Virus record (IMG/VR): IMGVR_UViG_3300025828_004167
Span: 8,805-72,804 of that record
DNA: 64,000 bases
From: a virus
Direction: 5' to 3' (one strand)
Shown: piece after piece, positions 19,842 through 29,275 of the stretch
How positions within the stretch are numbered: the first letter of the stretch is position 1
Layout of the letters: each line of letters opens with the position of its first letter
Translations under genes and position numbers: made by a program
Notes under the pieces: generated by a model
Database searches by the model: none
What the model was told of the DNA's origin: nothing
The model's input: the letters and a program-made list of their open reading frames with translations, nothing else

Positions 19842-20310
19842 TTGGTATCCTCTCTATGATCTCTTGCCATGGATGTCTTATGCAGAACTTTAGCATCAGC
19901 CTATCGTAGTTGACCGGTTCCACCCAATGTTTCAGTTTGCCATTTTCCAACAAAACACACTCGTAGGGAACCTGCTGGTCCTCTACGACCATCACTGGTT
20001 GCGTGTCGAACAGGTTTATTTGTATGCTTGTCATGTCATCCTCGTCCACGTGTGGAGGCACATCGTTATTAGCGAAAAGATAGGCAAAACGGGGATAGGT
20101 GTTCATCCCCCATATGCCAAGATCCTGCTCCACTTCCTTTGTGAGGTATCTTATGTCCGATCCGTCTTTCAGGTACACTTTCCACCATGATAATTTTGGC
20201 TCGAACTTCTTCCACTGATACCATTCACCACGTTGGTGAATGTCGTAGAATATTTTCCTGTATTTCTCTTTGTCTATTCTGTAATCAAGATGGATCAAAT
20301 TCATAGGCAT
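19822..20310 (-). CDS. Small cupin/AspH-like oxygenase
   Basis: PHVD...KHWV....R. Confidence 0.55.
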   Translation of the reverse strand: MPMNLIHLDYRIDKEKYRKIFYDIHQRGEWYQWKKFEPKLSWWKVYLKDGSDIRYLTKEVEQDLGIWGMNTYPRFAYLFANNDVPPHVDEDDMTSIQINLFDTQPVMVVEDQQVPYECVLLENGKLKHWVEPVNYDRLMLKFCIRHPWQEIIERIPSEIQNR

Positions 20311-20767
20311 GATCTCCTTTAAAAAATTTTAAACACTTGTAAAATTCAATGCAGTCCTCTATGTCGTCATCAAACGATATGTTCAAATTTATCCGTTTGT
20401 TATTGTTGTTGAATACCGCGTGTCTGACCTGTGTGTTTAGGAACATGGGTTTTGAAATTTCCGCATGCTCAAAACTACAAGGGGCGTAATCCTCACTCAG
20501 GGGATATATCAAAGCAGTGTTACGTTTGCCACCATCGGTATGCCATTCCTGCACGGCGTTGGGACGTATCATTAAAAGATAACAGTTCCTCCCATGGAAC
20601 GTCATGTTTAGATCATAAAAGTTCAGCACAGTAGGTTTCCTGGTCTTCGTGGATTTATGCGTAGTCCAATCCTCGTCTTTGAGACTCATTCCTATTCTGA
20701 GCAGTCTGTCTTTGACTTCAGTATCTAGGAACTCAGGTAACTCATAATGGCTAAGATCACTAGGCAT
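20285..20767 (-). CDS. Small cupin/AspH-like oxygenase
   Basis: WHTD...LNT..RHAVFN....RIN. Confidence 0.6.
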   Translation of the reverse strand: MPSDLSHYELPEFLDTEVKDRLLRIGMSLKDEDWTTHKSTKTRKPTVLNFYDLNMTFHGRNCYLLMIRPNAVQEWHTDGGKRNTALIYPLSEDYAPCSFEHAEISKPMFLNTQVRHAVFNNNNKRINLNISFDDDIEDCIEFYKCLKFFKGDHAYEFDPS

Positions 20768-21413
20768 CTCTGTAGTCCTTTTCCATCATTTTCTTGTATG
20801 ACCTTTCAATTATCTGTGCAGGCACCTTTCCACTGTAAATGATATGTAACCGCTGTTCACTGCTGTTGTTCTCTACCCAGTGTTTATCGTAGAGATTCAT
20901 CATGTTGACCGGATTCGAATCAAAATCAATGATGCCTGCTCTCTCGTTATGGAAATGACATCCACTGGGATTGGTTATGGCGATGTTGGCTCCGTGCAGG
21001 TTACTATGCCGACTATCCCTGTGGACTGCGATCTTTCCTCCCGGCTCTAACAGGCTGAAATAAATCCTTCCCACAAAGTTGTCTTCTCCAAAGGTGTCCT
21101 TGAACCACTGTACGGTAACGGGACACTCATTAGCCACATCCTTCCAGACATGTCTGTCTTTGCTGACGAACCCATTTTTGTCTGAACTGACCGAGGTTTC
21201 AACCGACAGCGGAGCATAAAGTTCGAGGCTATTCCACCCCACGAATCTGGGATCGATCGATCCATCTGTTTTGCGGTGAGGTGATGCTCGATGCTTGACC
21301 GCCTCCCACTCCTTGAAGATCCTTTCCTTTGGAACTTCTATTTCAAGTGGCAAGTGGCTAATGCCACTTTTAAAGATTATCCACTCAGCATCTATAGTTA
21401 GATCACCAGGCAT
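20760..21413 (-). CDS. Aspartyl/asparaginyl beta-hydroxylase-like protein
   Basis: LEPGGKIAVHRD...HWVENNS..RLHII. Confidence 0.75.
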   Translation of the reverse strand: MPGDLTIDAEWIIFKSGISHLPLEIEVPKERIFKEWEAVKHRASPHRKTDGSIDPRFVGWNSLELYAPLSVETSVSSDKNGFVSKDRHVWKDVANECPVTVQWFKDTFGEDNFVGRIYFSLLEPGGKIAVHRDSRHSNLHGANIAITNPSGCHFHNERAGIIDFDSNPVNMMNLYDKHWVENNSSEQRLHIIYSGKVPAQIIERSYKKMMEKDYRDA

Positions 21414-22066
21414 CTTTGTAATCCTCTGATACTATTTGTTGGGAACTTGGTATCATGCCATTTGGCATTAAATCTCGCGGCCAGCCAATCGTCGTCATAG
21501 AACGACCATAACCACTTATCAGTCTTAATGTAGAACACATCATGGCTTTCTATGTCCTCCCACATGTTCGGCTCAAGGTTCTTCCATGTGCATATGGCAT
21601 CATAGGAGGGGCGGAATCTATTGGAATAATATGTCAGCAGTACCTGATCACAGTGTTTCTTCAACACATCTATTATGTCTCGAGTTTCCTCGAAAGTGAA
21701 ATGCGTGAATACCGAAAAGGCAACACACACATCGTAATGATTTTTTATCGTTGGCACCCGTTCCTGTCCATGTGGATTGTACATGTGATTGTATCCGTCA
21801 TAGTGTTCGAACTTGTACTGTGGTAATCGGAATTTATTTTTGTTTATAACCCCTAGATCTATGTCCATTCCTGTATAATTGCCATGTGATTCGAAACTGA
21901 CAAAGTTTGCTTCGCCGCACCCAAAATCCAACACACTCTTGCCTTCGAATTGAATGAATTGCTCAAAATATTTCCTTATCTGTCCCCTACCCCAGTACCT
22001 GCCATACAGGTCTGTATCGCCGTTAGACATATAAAGATAGTTTGCCTGTAGTCCGGGTTTAGTCAT
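21398..22066 (-). CDS. Class I SAM-dependent methyltransferase
   Basis: VLDFGCG, YTGMDID, FSVFTH. Confidence 0.85.
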   Translation of the reverse strand: MTKPGLQANYLYMSNGDTDLYGRYWGRGQIRKYFEQFIQFEGKSVLDFGCGEANFVSFESHGNYTGMDIDLGVINKNKFRLPQYKFEHYDGYNHMYNPHGQERVPTIKNHYDVCVAFSVFTHFTFEETRDIIDVLKKHCDQVLLTYYSNRFRPSYDAICTWKNLEPNMWEDIESHDVFYIKTDKWLWSFYDDDWLAARFNAKWHDTKFPTNSIRGLQRCLVI

Positions 22067-22763
22067 CGGTCTCCTTTATGGCAACACCACCTAAAAACAT
22101 ATGATCCATCCAAAACGGTTGGATCAAATTAAATCCCGCATCACTCAACATCTGGTCGATTTCCTTCCAGGAGTTAGGTTTTAACATGCTACGCAATTTC
22201 TTTTCCTTTTCCAATATCTCGTCGGAAGTAAAATGTTTGGATTTGTAATCATAGTAGTTGAATGTGAGCATTTCCTGGAATCTCGCATCACTGCACACAA
22301 TTTTTTCTGCGAAAATGAAGCATCCTCCCTTATTCAATCCTTTGTATATCTTTTCAATCATCGATGCTCTGTCCTTAACTGGCAAAAACTGGAGTGTGAA
22401 AAGTGACGTGACCAATGAACAGTTTGTGAATTTATAATCCCGTATGTCGCCATGTATGAAGGACAACCTAGTGCTTGGTTGTTTTTTGTAAACTAATTGC
22501 TTTGTATTATCTAGGGACTTTACAAAATTTTCCTCTATCTCGACGCCAACATACTCACAGTCAATGACATTCTTTGCAAAGATCTCATAAAGTAATTTGC
22601 CAGTGGAACAACCTATGTCTACAACTGTGGTATTCTGCTCGACGAAATACTGCGATAGATTGACAACGTCTTGTAATAAATTATCGTAACCACGTATGGA
22701 TTTCTTTATGTGTTCGTCAAAATTTTCCGCTTCGCCGTGTCCAAATGTAAACTTATGGTTCAT
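22059..22763 (-). CDS. CmoA-like SAM-dependent transferase
   Basis: FDEHIKKSIRGY, DIGCSTG, FTLQF, GG.FIFAEK. Confidence 0.8.
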   Translation of the reverse strand: MNHKFTFGHGEAENFDEHIKKSIRGYDNLLQDVVNLSQYFVEQNTTVVDIGCSTGKLLYEIFAKNVIDCEYVGVEIEENFVKSLDNTKQLVYKKQPSTRLSFIHGDIRDYKFTNCSLVTSLFTLQFLPVKDRASMIEKIYKGLNKGGCFIFAEKIVCSDARFQEMLTFNYYDYKSKHFTSDEILEKEKKLRSMLKPNSWKEIDQMLSDAGFNLIQPFWMDHMFLGGVAIKETDD

Positions 22764-23731
22764 ACTGTTTTACCTCCGAGATGACTGACCAAATCGTTGT
22801 ATTCCCACGAATGCACCTGATTACAATGTCCGTACTTCTGCATCAAAACAGTTCTACACTTTAGGTCGAAGTGCATTATATTTTCAAAACCCGTTTGCTT
22901 ACGCTCCTGTACAATATCAGGAAATCCTTCTTCATATATCTTTTTCTTGCTAAGTTCCACGTCTATCTCTCCCCATTCTCCACATTCTGCTAGGTGCTTT
23001 GTCCATGGATGATGTAAAAATGACAATAGAATTTCTGGTGTGTATATAAAGAACCCAGGCACTGCTGGTTTTTGTTTTAACATTGGATAACGAAAGATCG
23101 ACATGTGTCTTTCGTTCCTTTTGACGTACCAAGGCACTTTTGGATATTCTTTTATTTCGTTTTCGATCACTGTCATAGTCTTTAGATCCCACTTCCAATA
23201 TTTTGAAAAATCTCTGTGTACTACGTTTGTGTTGTAACCCAAAACAGGCACTCCCTCAACTTGATCATATAACCATAAAAATAAAAGCATCTGTGGTGTG
23301 GGACAACTTGACAAGTCTGCATATTCAAATGCTTCAGATTCCAAAAACTCTTCAATATCTAGTTTATGTATGATTGGTTTTATTCCGTTTGCATCACAGA
23401 ACTTGTACGCACATCCAACATCCTGCAGGTTGAGATTATCTGCAAATTCTACGACGTTTACATTGACCGGTATGTCTTGTTCTATGAAACTCCTCAACAT
23501 GACCTCACTGTCTGAACCTCCACTGTACAGTACGTCAACAGGCAACGACAGAGCATCTACTCTGTCTTTTATCATTCTGGCAACCCTAAAACATTCTTCC
23601 TTGAATGTTCCAACATTCCTTGACACGGTTCCGTATCCTGCCCAAAACTTGTCATCCTCGTTTTGCCTAGTGTTATATTCTAGACCGTTGTACCCAAATT
23701 TGAAGTGGTTATTTTCTGTGTATTCGAACAT
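22760..23731 (-). CDS. PP-loop (N-type ATP pyrophosphatase / asparagine-synthetase-like) protein
   Basis: LYSGGSDSE; C-terminal RKQTGFE. Confidence 0.65.
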   Translation of the reverse strand: MFEYTENNHFKFGYNGLEYNTRQNEDDKFWAGYGTVSRNVGTFKEECFRVARMIKDRVDALSLPVDVLYSGGSDSEVMLRSFIEQDIPVNVNVVEFADNLNLQDVGCAYKFCDANGIKPIIHKLDIEEFLESEAFEYADLSSCPTPQMLLFLWLYDQVEGVPVLGYNTNVVHRDFSKYWKWDLKTMTVIENEIKEYPKVPWYVKRNERHMSIFRYPMLKQKPAVPGFFIYTPEILLSFLHHPWTKHLAECGEWGEIDVELSKKKIYEEGFPDIVQERKQTGFENIMHFDLKCRTVLMQKYGHCNQVHSWEYNDLVSHLGGKTV

Positions 23732-24252
23732 CACGTTAACTCCTCGAACCCGATATCATGGATCCCCATATGAAATACTACTCTCTCTTTTGATGGAGGC
23801 CTTACTCCGTGTGGTTTCTTTGTGTTCAATACCACCATGGAATGATAAAGTATGCTGTCGCTGTTGGTACCGTCGTTAAAGTACAGCTCTCCTGTGTTTT
23901 CCGTTATGGGAATCACAAACGAACACTTACTCTTTTTATCAACGTGTATCGGCAACTCTCCTCCCGCCAGCACCCTGAAGAAATTACATCTGAATTCCCT
24001 GGGTCTGATCCCAAACTCGTTCCATATGTTTTTTATGAGTCTCAACAACTTGCGGTCGAAGTCGTGAATCTCTTGTACATAGAACTTGTTCATTTCCTTT
24101 CCGCCCGTCGCCTCATTAACATATTCGGAGTACAACTGGTTGCTGTCTTCCCACTTGCCGTTGAAATAACCGTTCCAGAAATCAGTAGGAACCTTGTAAT
24201 CGGTCTCTATAAACAAGTTTTTATGCCAGTTTTTTTGTATATGCCTTGTCAT
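23731..24252 (-). CDS. Cupin/AspH-like oxygenase
   Basis: LPIHVD...IPI...LNTKKPHGV....R. Confidence 0.6.
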   Translation of the reverse strand: MTRHIQKNWHKNLFIETDYKVPTDFWNGYFNGKWEDSNQLYSEYVNEATGGKEMNKFYVQEIHDFDRKLLRLIKNIWNEFGIRPREFRCNFFRVLAGGELPIHVDKKSKCSFVIPITENTGELYFNDGTNSDSILYHSMVVLNTKKPHGVRPPSKERVVFHMGIHDIGFEELT

Positions 24253-25063
24253 AATCAAATGCTATCCTGTGGAGTAATCTGTTTTTCATGCCGTCAAAAC
24301 TCCATCTTTTGTGTATGCTCAACCATTGCTCGGATATGACAAGATCGTTGTCCTGCCACGCATGATGGTAGATGTACTTTTCCTGTGTACAGTGTTCCTT
24401 GAGTAGTTTGTGTAACTCCTTCCATTCCTCTCTTGTTGCTCCTTCCACTATATCGTACACTTGCTGGAATGGAAAGTAAAGTCCTTTTTTACCCTCTTTG
24501 TTCGTATGAACAAGACTGATAGGGTTTTCATAATTTATTTTTTCCTTTGCTACTGCCATGTTGCTGAACGAACCCACTTTATACCCAGAAGCATATTTTA
24601 TAGTTTCCAGTTTTCTTTTCATTTCCATTGACAGGTCGTTGTATGCCATTTCCTGGTTTATCCAACTTGTACGTGATCCTGCACTGCCCTTAACGGCGTA
24701 CAGCCAGACGAATGGGTATCTCTTCACGGCATTGGCATGATGTGTGTGCCAATCCAGTTCCTCGTCGTGACCGAACAGTCCCTTGTCACCTTTAGCATTC
24801 AACTCTCCTGTGACTCTGATCACGCCTGGTTCGATCAGTATCCGTTCTTTCTCCGCGGCGTCCTTCCCATGATCCAGTTTTACTGTGCCAATGCTCGAAG
24901 CGATTCTCATCTGGTCCTGTATCGTTAGAGTTTGATCTCTGAATATCACCACAAAATGCCTGTTACACAATTTTGCGACTTCATGCAGTTGTGTTACAGA
25001 AAGGCTGTTGATGTCCTCGTGTATTGTTAGTGTCCAACCGTTACTGTCTATTGATGATTTCAT
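24221..25063 (-). CDS. TauD/TfdA-family dioxygenase
   Basis: VVIFRDQ.L, DWH, G..T.W, YHHAW..NDLVI, H.R, RLLHR. Confidence 0.8.
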   Translation of the reverse strand: MKSSIDSNGWTLTIHEDINSLSVTQLHEVAKLCNRHFVVIFRDQTLTIQDQMRIASSIGTVKLDHGKDAAEKERILIEPGVIRVTGELNAKGDKGLFGHDEELDWHTHHANAVKRYPFVWLYAVKGSAGSRTSWINQEMAYNDLSMEMKRKLETIKYASGYKVGSFSNMAVAKEKINYENPISLVHTNKEGKKGLYFPFQQVYDIVEGATREEWKELHKLLKEHCTQEKYIYHHAWQDNDLVISEQWLSIHKRWSFDGMKNRLLHRIAFDYDKAYTKKLA

Positions 25064-25865
25064 CCAAATCCTGCTGTCCTTGTAATGATATAATGATGTG
25101 TGACCTGGTTGTTGAACCTTTGTTCCATGCCGAATGCCTCATTCCTTGATTCAAAAACCAGCAGGATCCGGGTTCCATTTTTTGATAAACTTTTTCACCA
25201 GACTTGTCCACACAGTAGAAACCACATTTATCATTCGTAGTGATAGGTATATGGAAACGCACAGAGTAATCGGTGTTGTAGTCTATGTGTTCGGCCACGT
25301 ATGCTCCGGGATCCATGATCGCTATCCTGGCCCTCGTGGTCTCCGCCTTGAATGATGTGATCACTTCCTCGAGGTAAGTGCCTTTGACCCAATCCTTGAT
25401 CTTGTTGTAGTGTCTCTCATCAAGTCTACTCTTGGGTATCTTTTTATCGTATACCCTCGTCTCTTCGTCTGGATTATATTGAGTTAAGGCAATCTGTTTG
25501 TAGGGAGATCCATTGACCTCGTACTTGCCGTTCTCGTCCTTCTGTATGTAATTCTCAAAGGGCTTGACATAGTTCCTGTAGTCCCAAGCCATCCTCTTGT
25601 TGCCCAGTCCCTTGCGCAGTTCTGATTCTTCAACATCGTTGTCCTGTAGGAACTTGTAGGCGTCCTCTATGGAATCAAACTTCAAGCCGAATGCCTTCTG
25701 TAGTTTAGGTGATTTACCCCCAACCCTAACTCCGTATCCATATTTGGTTTTCAGATCATCCTCTGCGACTGGCATGTCCTGTACCACTTTGATCATCCTG
25801 TCAACGTCAAACGTTTGATCTAGTTTCAAGAAAGGTGGCAGTTCGTATCTAGTCTTTAATTTCAT
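25041..25865 (-). CDS. Aspartyl/asparaginyl beta-hydroxylase-like protein
   Basis: MDPGAYVAEHID...RFHIPI.TN...HSAWNKG..RSHII. Confidence 0.75.
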   Translation of the reverse strand: MKLKTRYELPPFLKLDQTFDVDRMIKVVQDMPVAEDDLKTKYGYGVRVGGKSPKLQKAFGLKFDSIEDAYKFLQDNDVEESELRKGLGNKRMAWDYRNYVKPFENYIQKDENGKYEVNGSPYKQIALTQYNPDEETRVYDKKIPKSRLDERHYNKIKDWVKGTYLEEVITSFKAETTRARIAIMDPGAYVAEHIDYNTDYSVRFHIPITTNDKCGFYCVDKSGEKVYQKMEPGSCWFLNQGMRHSAWNKGSTTRSHIIISLQGQQDLDEIINRQ

Positions 25866-26397
25866 AAGTCCCCTTGTATTGCCAACACGATTCATGTTTG
25901 GGATCACACACCGCAACCTTGCCTTCGTGCATTTTCCATTCCGTGTCAGTTTTTTCGCCCAATTCTATAAAGAGTCTCTTCATAAATCCCGGGTTTCTAC
26001 ATCTACTGATAAACACTTTATTGTAGCCTGCTTCCTTGGCAAATGTCAACTGATGTTTTACCGTGGCTACTAGGTGTGGCCTGGCGATCAATCTCCCATT
26101 CATCCTAAGTTTTGGATGTTCCCAGTACCTATTTAGAATACGTGCTTCTCCCTCATCATAATACTCAGGACGGTGCCATACAGAACTAAAACCAAGCACT
26201 TCTTTTTCCTTCAGTAGCACAGTGATACAGTCAAAAGCAAACCAATCTATGTTCTCATAGTTGCTGGCTATCTCTTCCGAACCAAAATCTATGTCTCTCA
26301 ACTGCTTGAGAATATCTGTACGATCCCCTGGGGCGAAAGTCAGCACATCGCACTCGCTGTTCTTGTTGGCAAAATTTTTATCTCCAGGCGTGAACAT
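25849..26397 (-). CDS. GNAT-like protein
   Basis: VLGFSSV...ARILNRYW...AKEAGYNKVFIS topology. Confidence 0.5.
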   Translation of the reverse strand: MFTPGDKNFANKNSECDVLTFAPGDRTDILKQLRDIDFGSEEIASNYENIDWFAFDCITVLLKEKEVLGFSSVWHRPEYYDEGEARILNRYWEHPKLRMNGRLIARPHLVATVKHQLTFAKEAGYNKVFISRCRNPGFMKRLFIELGEKTDTEWKMHEGKVAVCDPKHESCWQYKGTYEIKD

Positions 26398-26962
26398 TGT
26401 TCCAGAATTCCTTTTTCTTTTTACCATGCACCAGAAGATGCACACGTTCTTGATCTGAATTGTTCTCAACATAGTGCTCGTAGTGTATGTTTAAAACCAA
26501 CGGCATTCCGGGCACATAATCTACCTGTTTATTGTTTAAAACGAATCTGTTACCTTCGGGATAACTCAGACAGATGTTTAAAGGTTCTAACCAGTTGCGT
26601 TCTGGCACATCTATGTGCTTTGTGATATAACCGTTTGGTTTGATCACAAGGAATCTTATGTCATCTATCCTAGCGTATGGCAAACTCTTTACCCACTCTA
26701 TTGTGCGTGGACAACGTTCGCCAACATCAGTTACACCTGGCTTTTGTTTTTTGCGATCATACTCCCAATGGCTGTTTGTCTTGTCTGAAGCGAATCCATA
26801 AAGGGTCACGGCACACCAATCCTTGTGTCCGTCCTCTGGCCTGTGTATGACTAGCCTATCCTTGATCAGTTCGTATTCCGTCAAAATTTGTTTGACCGGG
26901 ACATCGAAGTCCATCTGCACGTATTCCACACTGCTGTTTCTATCAAATTTTTGAGTGTTCAT
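26378..26962 (-). CDS. Aspartyl/asparaginyl beta-hydroxylase-like protein
   Basis: KPNGYITKHID...HYVENNSDQERVHL; paralog of 20760..21413. Confidence 0.75.
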   Translation of the reverse strand: MNTQKFDRNSSVEYVQMDFDVPVKQILTEYELIKDRLVIHRPEDGHKDWCAVTLYGFASDKTNSHWEYDRKKQKPGVTDVGERCPRTIEWVKSLPYARIDDIRFLVIKPNGYITKHIDVPERNWLEPLNICLSYPEGNRFVLNNKQVDYVPGMPLVLNIHYEHYVENNSDQERVHLLVHGKKKKEFWNNVHAWR

Positions 26963-27506
26963 GATGATCCTTGTGGTTCCCTTCAAATGGTGCAACCAAA
27001 TTGATGAGGAATCTGTTTGCAGGACCCTTGGCATCATGTCCGTAAAAATTCAGTATACCAAAACCTACATATGAAAGAATGTATAACATTAGGTTAATTA
27101 TAACTGCATTTACGCCAAAAAGCAATGTTGTTATTATCCAGTGTGCGGCGAAAATAAGTTTGCCGTACCTGTGGAAAAACATCACTCTTGGATTTTTTAT
27201 TAGATCGTCAATATATTTTCTTGGTATTTGTTTTACCTTCCATAAACTGAAGAGAATCACATGCCAAGGATGATTCCTAGGACTGTGTGGGTCCTTGTCT
27301 GTGTCTGCATAAGCGTGGTGTATCCTATGAACACCTGCCCAGGTCAATGCACTCCTACCACCGCATAACAATCCAAGATATAGAAGTACGATTTCTGCCA
27401 ATGGACTGGCTTTGTAATCACTGTGTGAGAAGTATCTGTGGTATCCGTAGGTTATTCCAACTGCGGCCACAAGCCAATAAATCATGTATCCATATAATAA
27501 TATCAT
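26943..27506 (-). CDS. Membrane fatty-acid (delta-9-type) desaturase, compact
   Basis: Three His boxes HRYFSH, HRIHH..D...DPHSP, HKDHH; hydrophobic segments. Confidence 0.88.
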   Translation of the reverse strand: MILLYGYMIYWLVAAVGITYGYHRYFSHSDYKASPLAEIVLLYLGLLCGGRSALTWAGVHRIHHAYADTDKDPHSPRNHPWHVILFSLWKVKQIPRKYIDDLIKNPRVMFFHRYGKLIFAAHWIITTLLFGVNAVIINLMLYILSYVGFGILNFYGHDAKGPANRFLINLVAPFEGNHKDHHEHSKI

Positions 27507-27512
27507 GCTAGA

Positions 27513-27518
27513 TATTTA
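27513..27518 (-). promoter_or_regulatory. Late-type TAAATA element heading the oxygenase operon
   Basis: 6 nt upstream of desaturase ATG; no RBS present. Confidence 0.5.
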
Positions 27519-27539
27519 ACCGTCATTTCCTTCATGCTT

Positions 27540-27950
27540 TTACGATCCTACAAATCCTTTATTATTATTTGTTGTAATCATAGGTTGACCTGGTACATCA
27601 TAATGGTACTGTTCCATTTCAGACCAATTTCTTAAATCTTCACCTTCTTCAACACCACATTTTTCTCTACAAGGACGAGGTGCATTATTAGGATCATCAA
27701 ACATAATATCCCAAAATGCTTTCCATTCTTTAGAGTGAGTAATTTCTTTAATATCTTTTACCTTATCAAGATGTAAATGTTCACTATATAATGCTTCGTG
27801 TTCTTTTGTTAATGGTTTTTTAGATTGAAATGCTTTGCTATCGCACCAACAACAAGGTAACAAAAATCCTAAAGCACTATGACCCATAGTAACTCTATCC
27901 CCCACAACACATTTAGGTACTATCTTATCTATTTTCTTTTGTTTGGACAT
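27540..27950 (-). CDS. Stand-alone SPASM/twitch-like Fe-S protein
   Basis: PKC...LPCCWCD...PCREKC, matching the C-terminal domain of 9684..10691. Confidence 0.65.
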   Translation of the reverse strand: MSKQKKIDKIVPKCVVGDRVTMGHSALGFLLPCCWCDSKAFQSKKPLTKEHEALYSEHLHLDKVKDIKEITHSKEWKAFWDIMFDDPNNAPRPCREKCGVEEGEDLRNWSEMEQYHYDVPGQPMITTNNNKGFVGS

Positions 27951-28587
27951 AATTCTCTTTATTTTTAGGCACACCTGCTTCCATATAATGAAACCTAGAT
28001 GACTTTTTAAGTAACAATTTAATTTTTTTATCTTTACAAAATTTTTTTGCGTCTTCTATTTGACGTTCATTAAAAGAAAATATTATAAATTGCCACGCTA
28101 CATTAAAACCTAATTCTTTTAATTTTATCATAGTATCAAATAAAAATTCTGAGTCTTGGTTATGACGGTATATATGACTAACATCTGGAAAACCATCTAG
28201 TCCTATTTTCCAATATATTCTTTCAGGATATATTTCACTTATTTTTTTATACCAATCAAACTTTTTATTTTTAACGGTTGCGGCTGTGTGTATTGATAGA
28301 TAATTTATTTTATGTTCTTTGGCAATTTCTATAAATTTTGCTAGATTAGGATTAAAAATAGGATCAGATATTTGACCACATAAACATAAATGTTTAAAAT
28401 GTTTACATAGTTTTGTCCATTGAGAGATTGAAGTATCGTAACCAGGTATAGGTTTACCTGCAAATCTATTCGTTTGCCTAGAACAAGCAATACATTCTAA
28501 AGTACACTTATTACTAATATCTAAATTTACGCTAGGTCTACTAATAAATCTATTATATAATTGTTTATAATTTTGTGAATGACTCAT
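27925..28587 (-). CDS. Short radical SAM enzyme (core domain only)
   Basis: CTLECIAC, CGQISDP, IGLDG, WQFIIFSFNE. Confidence 0.85.
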   Translation of the reverse strand: MSHSQNYKQLYNRFISRPSVNLDISNKCTLECIACSRQTNRFAGKPIPGYDTSISQWTKLCKHFKHLCLCGQISDPIFNPNLAKFIEIAKEHKINYLSIHTAATVKNKKFDWYKKISEIYPERIYWKIGLDGFPDVSHIYRHNQDSEFLFDTMIKLKELGFNVAWQFIIFSFNERQIEDAKKFCKDKKIKLLLKKSSRFHYMEAGVPKNKENYVQTKENR

Positions 28588-29275
28588 AATCTTCCCAGTC
28601 ATGTGGTTTATTTGTGGCATGGGTAAAGTGCACCATTTTGATGTCTGGATGAAATTCACCACCCAAATAAACGTAGTCGTTGCCCGTGACCTTGTGGTAC
28701 AACTGACTGGTCTTGACCTTCCATTTATTTAAATCAAAATTTTTCACACCAATATCCTCTTTGGCGCACCATCTAGCGACCCAACTGTCAGGCACCGTGA
28801 TCAATTCCAGTTCCTCATTGACGTTGTCTTCAACGAAGTACTGCTCCCCATTCACCGGTCCCTTTGCTATGCCCCTCTTGATGTAGTAGCTCTGCCAGAA
28901 GTCTGGGTCTGACATGAACTTGTCATAGATATACCTGCAGTCCTTGGGATAGTACTTGAAGAACCCTCCATTTATCTTGTAGCGTTTCTTTTCTGTGTCT
29001 CTCCACCATCCCGGTATCGAAACAAACTGACCTTTCTTTATGGGATACTCAAAAAGTTCTTTATAGTTGTTGACCAAAAGCACGTCAATGTCCATTACAA
29101 CTATGGGTTCGTCAATGTCTAAAGACATACCATACATTTTATTCCATTGCAGTAATACACCTTCTTTTATTGGCTTTCGTATCCATATAAATTCATACTC
29201 CGGCAATTTTTCTTCCAAGTATTTCTCGTACTCTGGACCGTACCTGTCACCTATGCGCACTGCTACAATTTTCAT
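28565..29275 (-). CDS. Glycosyltransferase-like protein (GT8-like)
   Basis: IGDRYGPEY, WNK, MDID, NGGF, GEQ, MVHF. Confidence 0.7.
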   Translation of the reverse strand: MKIVAVRIGDRYGPEYEKYLEEKLPEYEFIWIRKPIKEGVLLQWNKMYGMSLDIDEPIVVMDIDVLLVNNYKELFEYPIKKGQFVSIPGWWRDTEKKRYKINGGFFKYYPKDCRYIYDKFMSDPDFWQSYYIKRGIAKGPVNGEQYFVEDNVNEELELITVPDSWVARWCAKEDIGVKNFDLNKWKVKTSQLYHKVTGNDYVYLGGEFHPDIKMVHFTHATNKPHDWEDYESFTKL

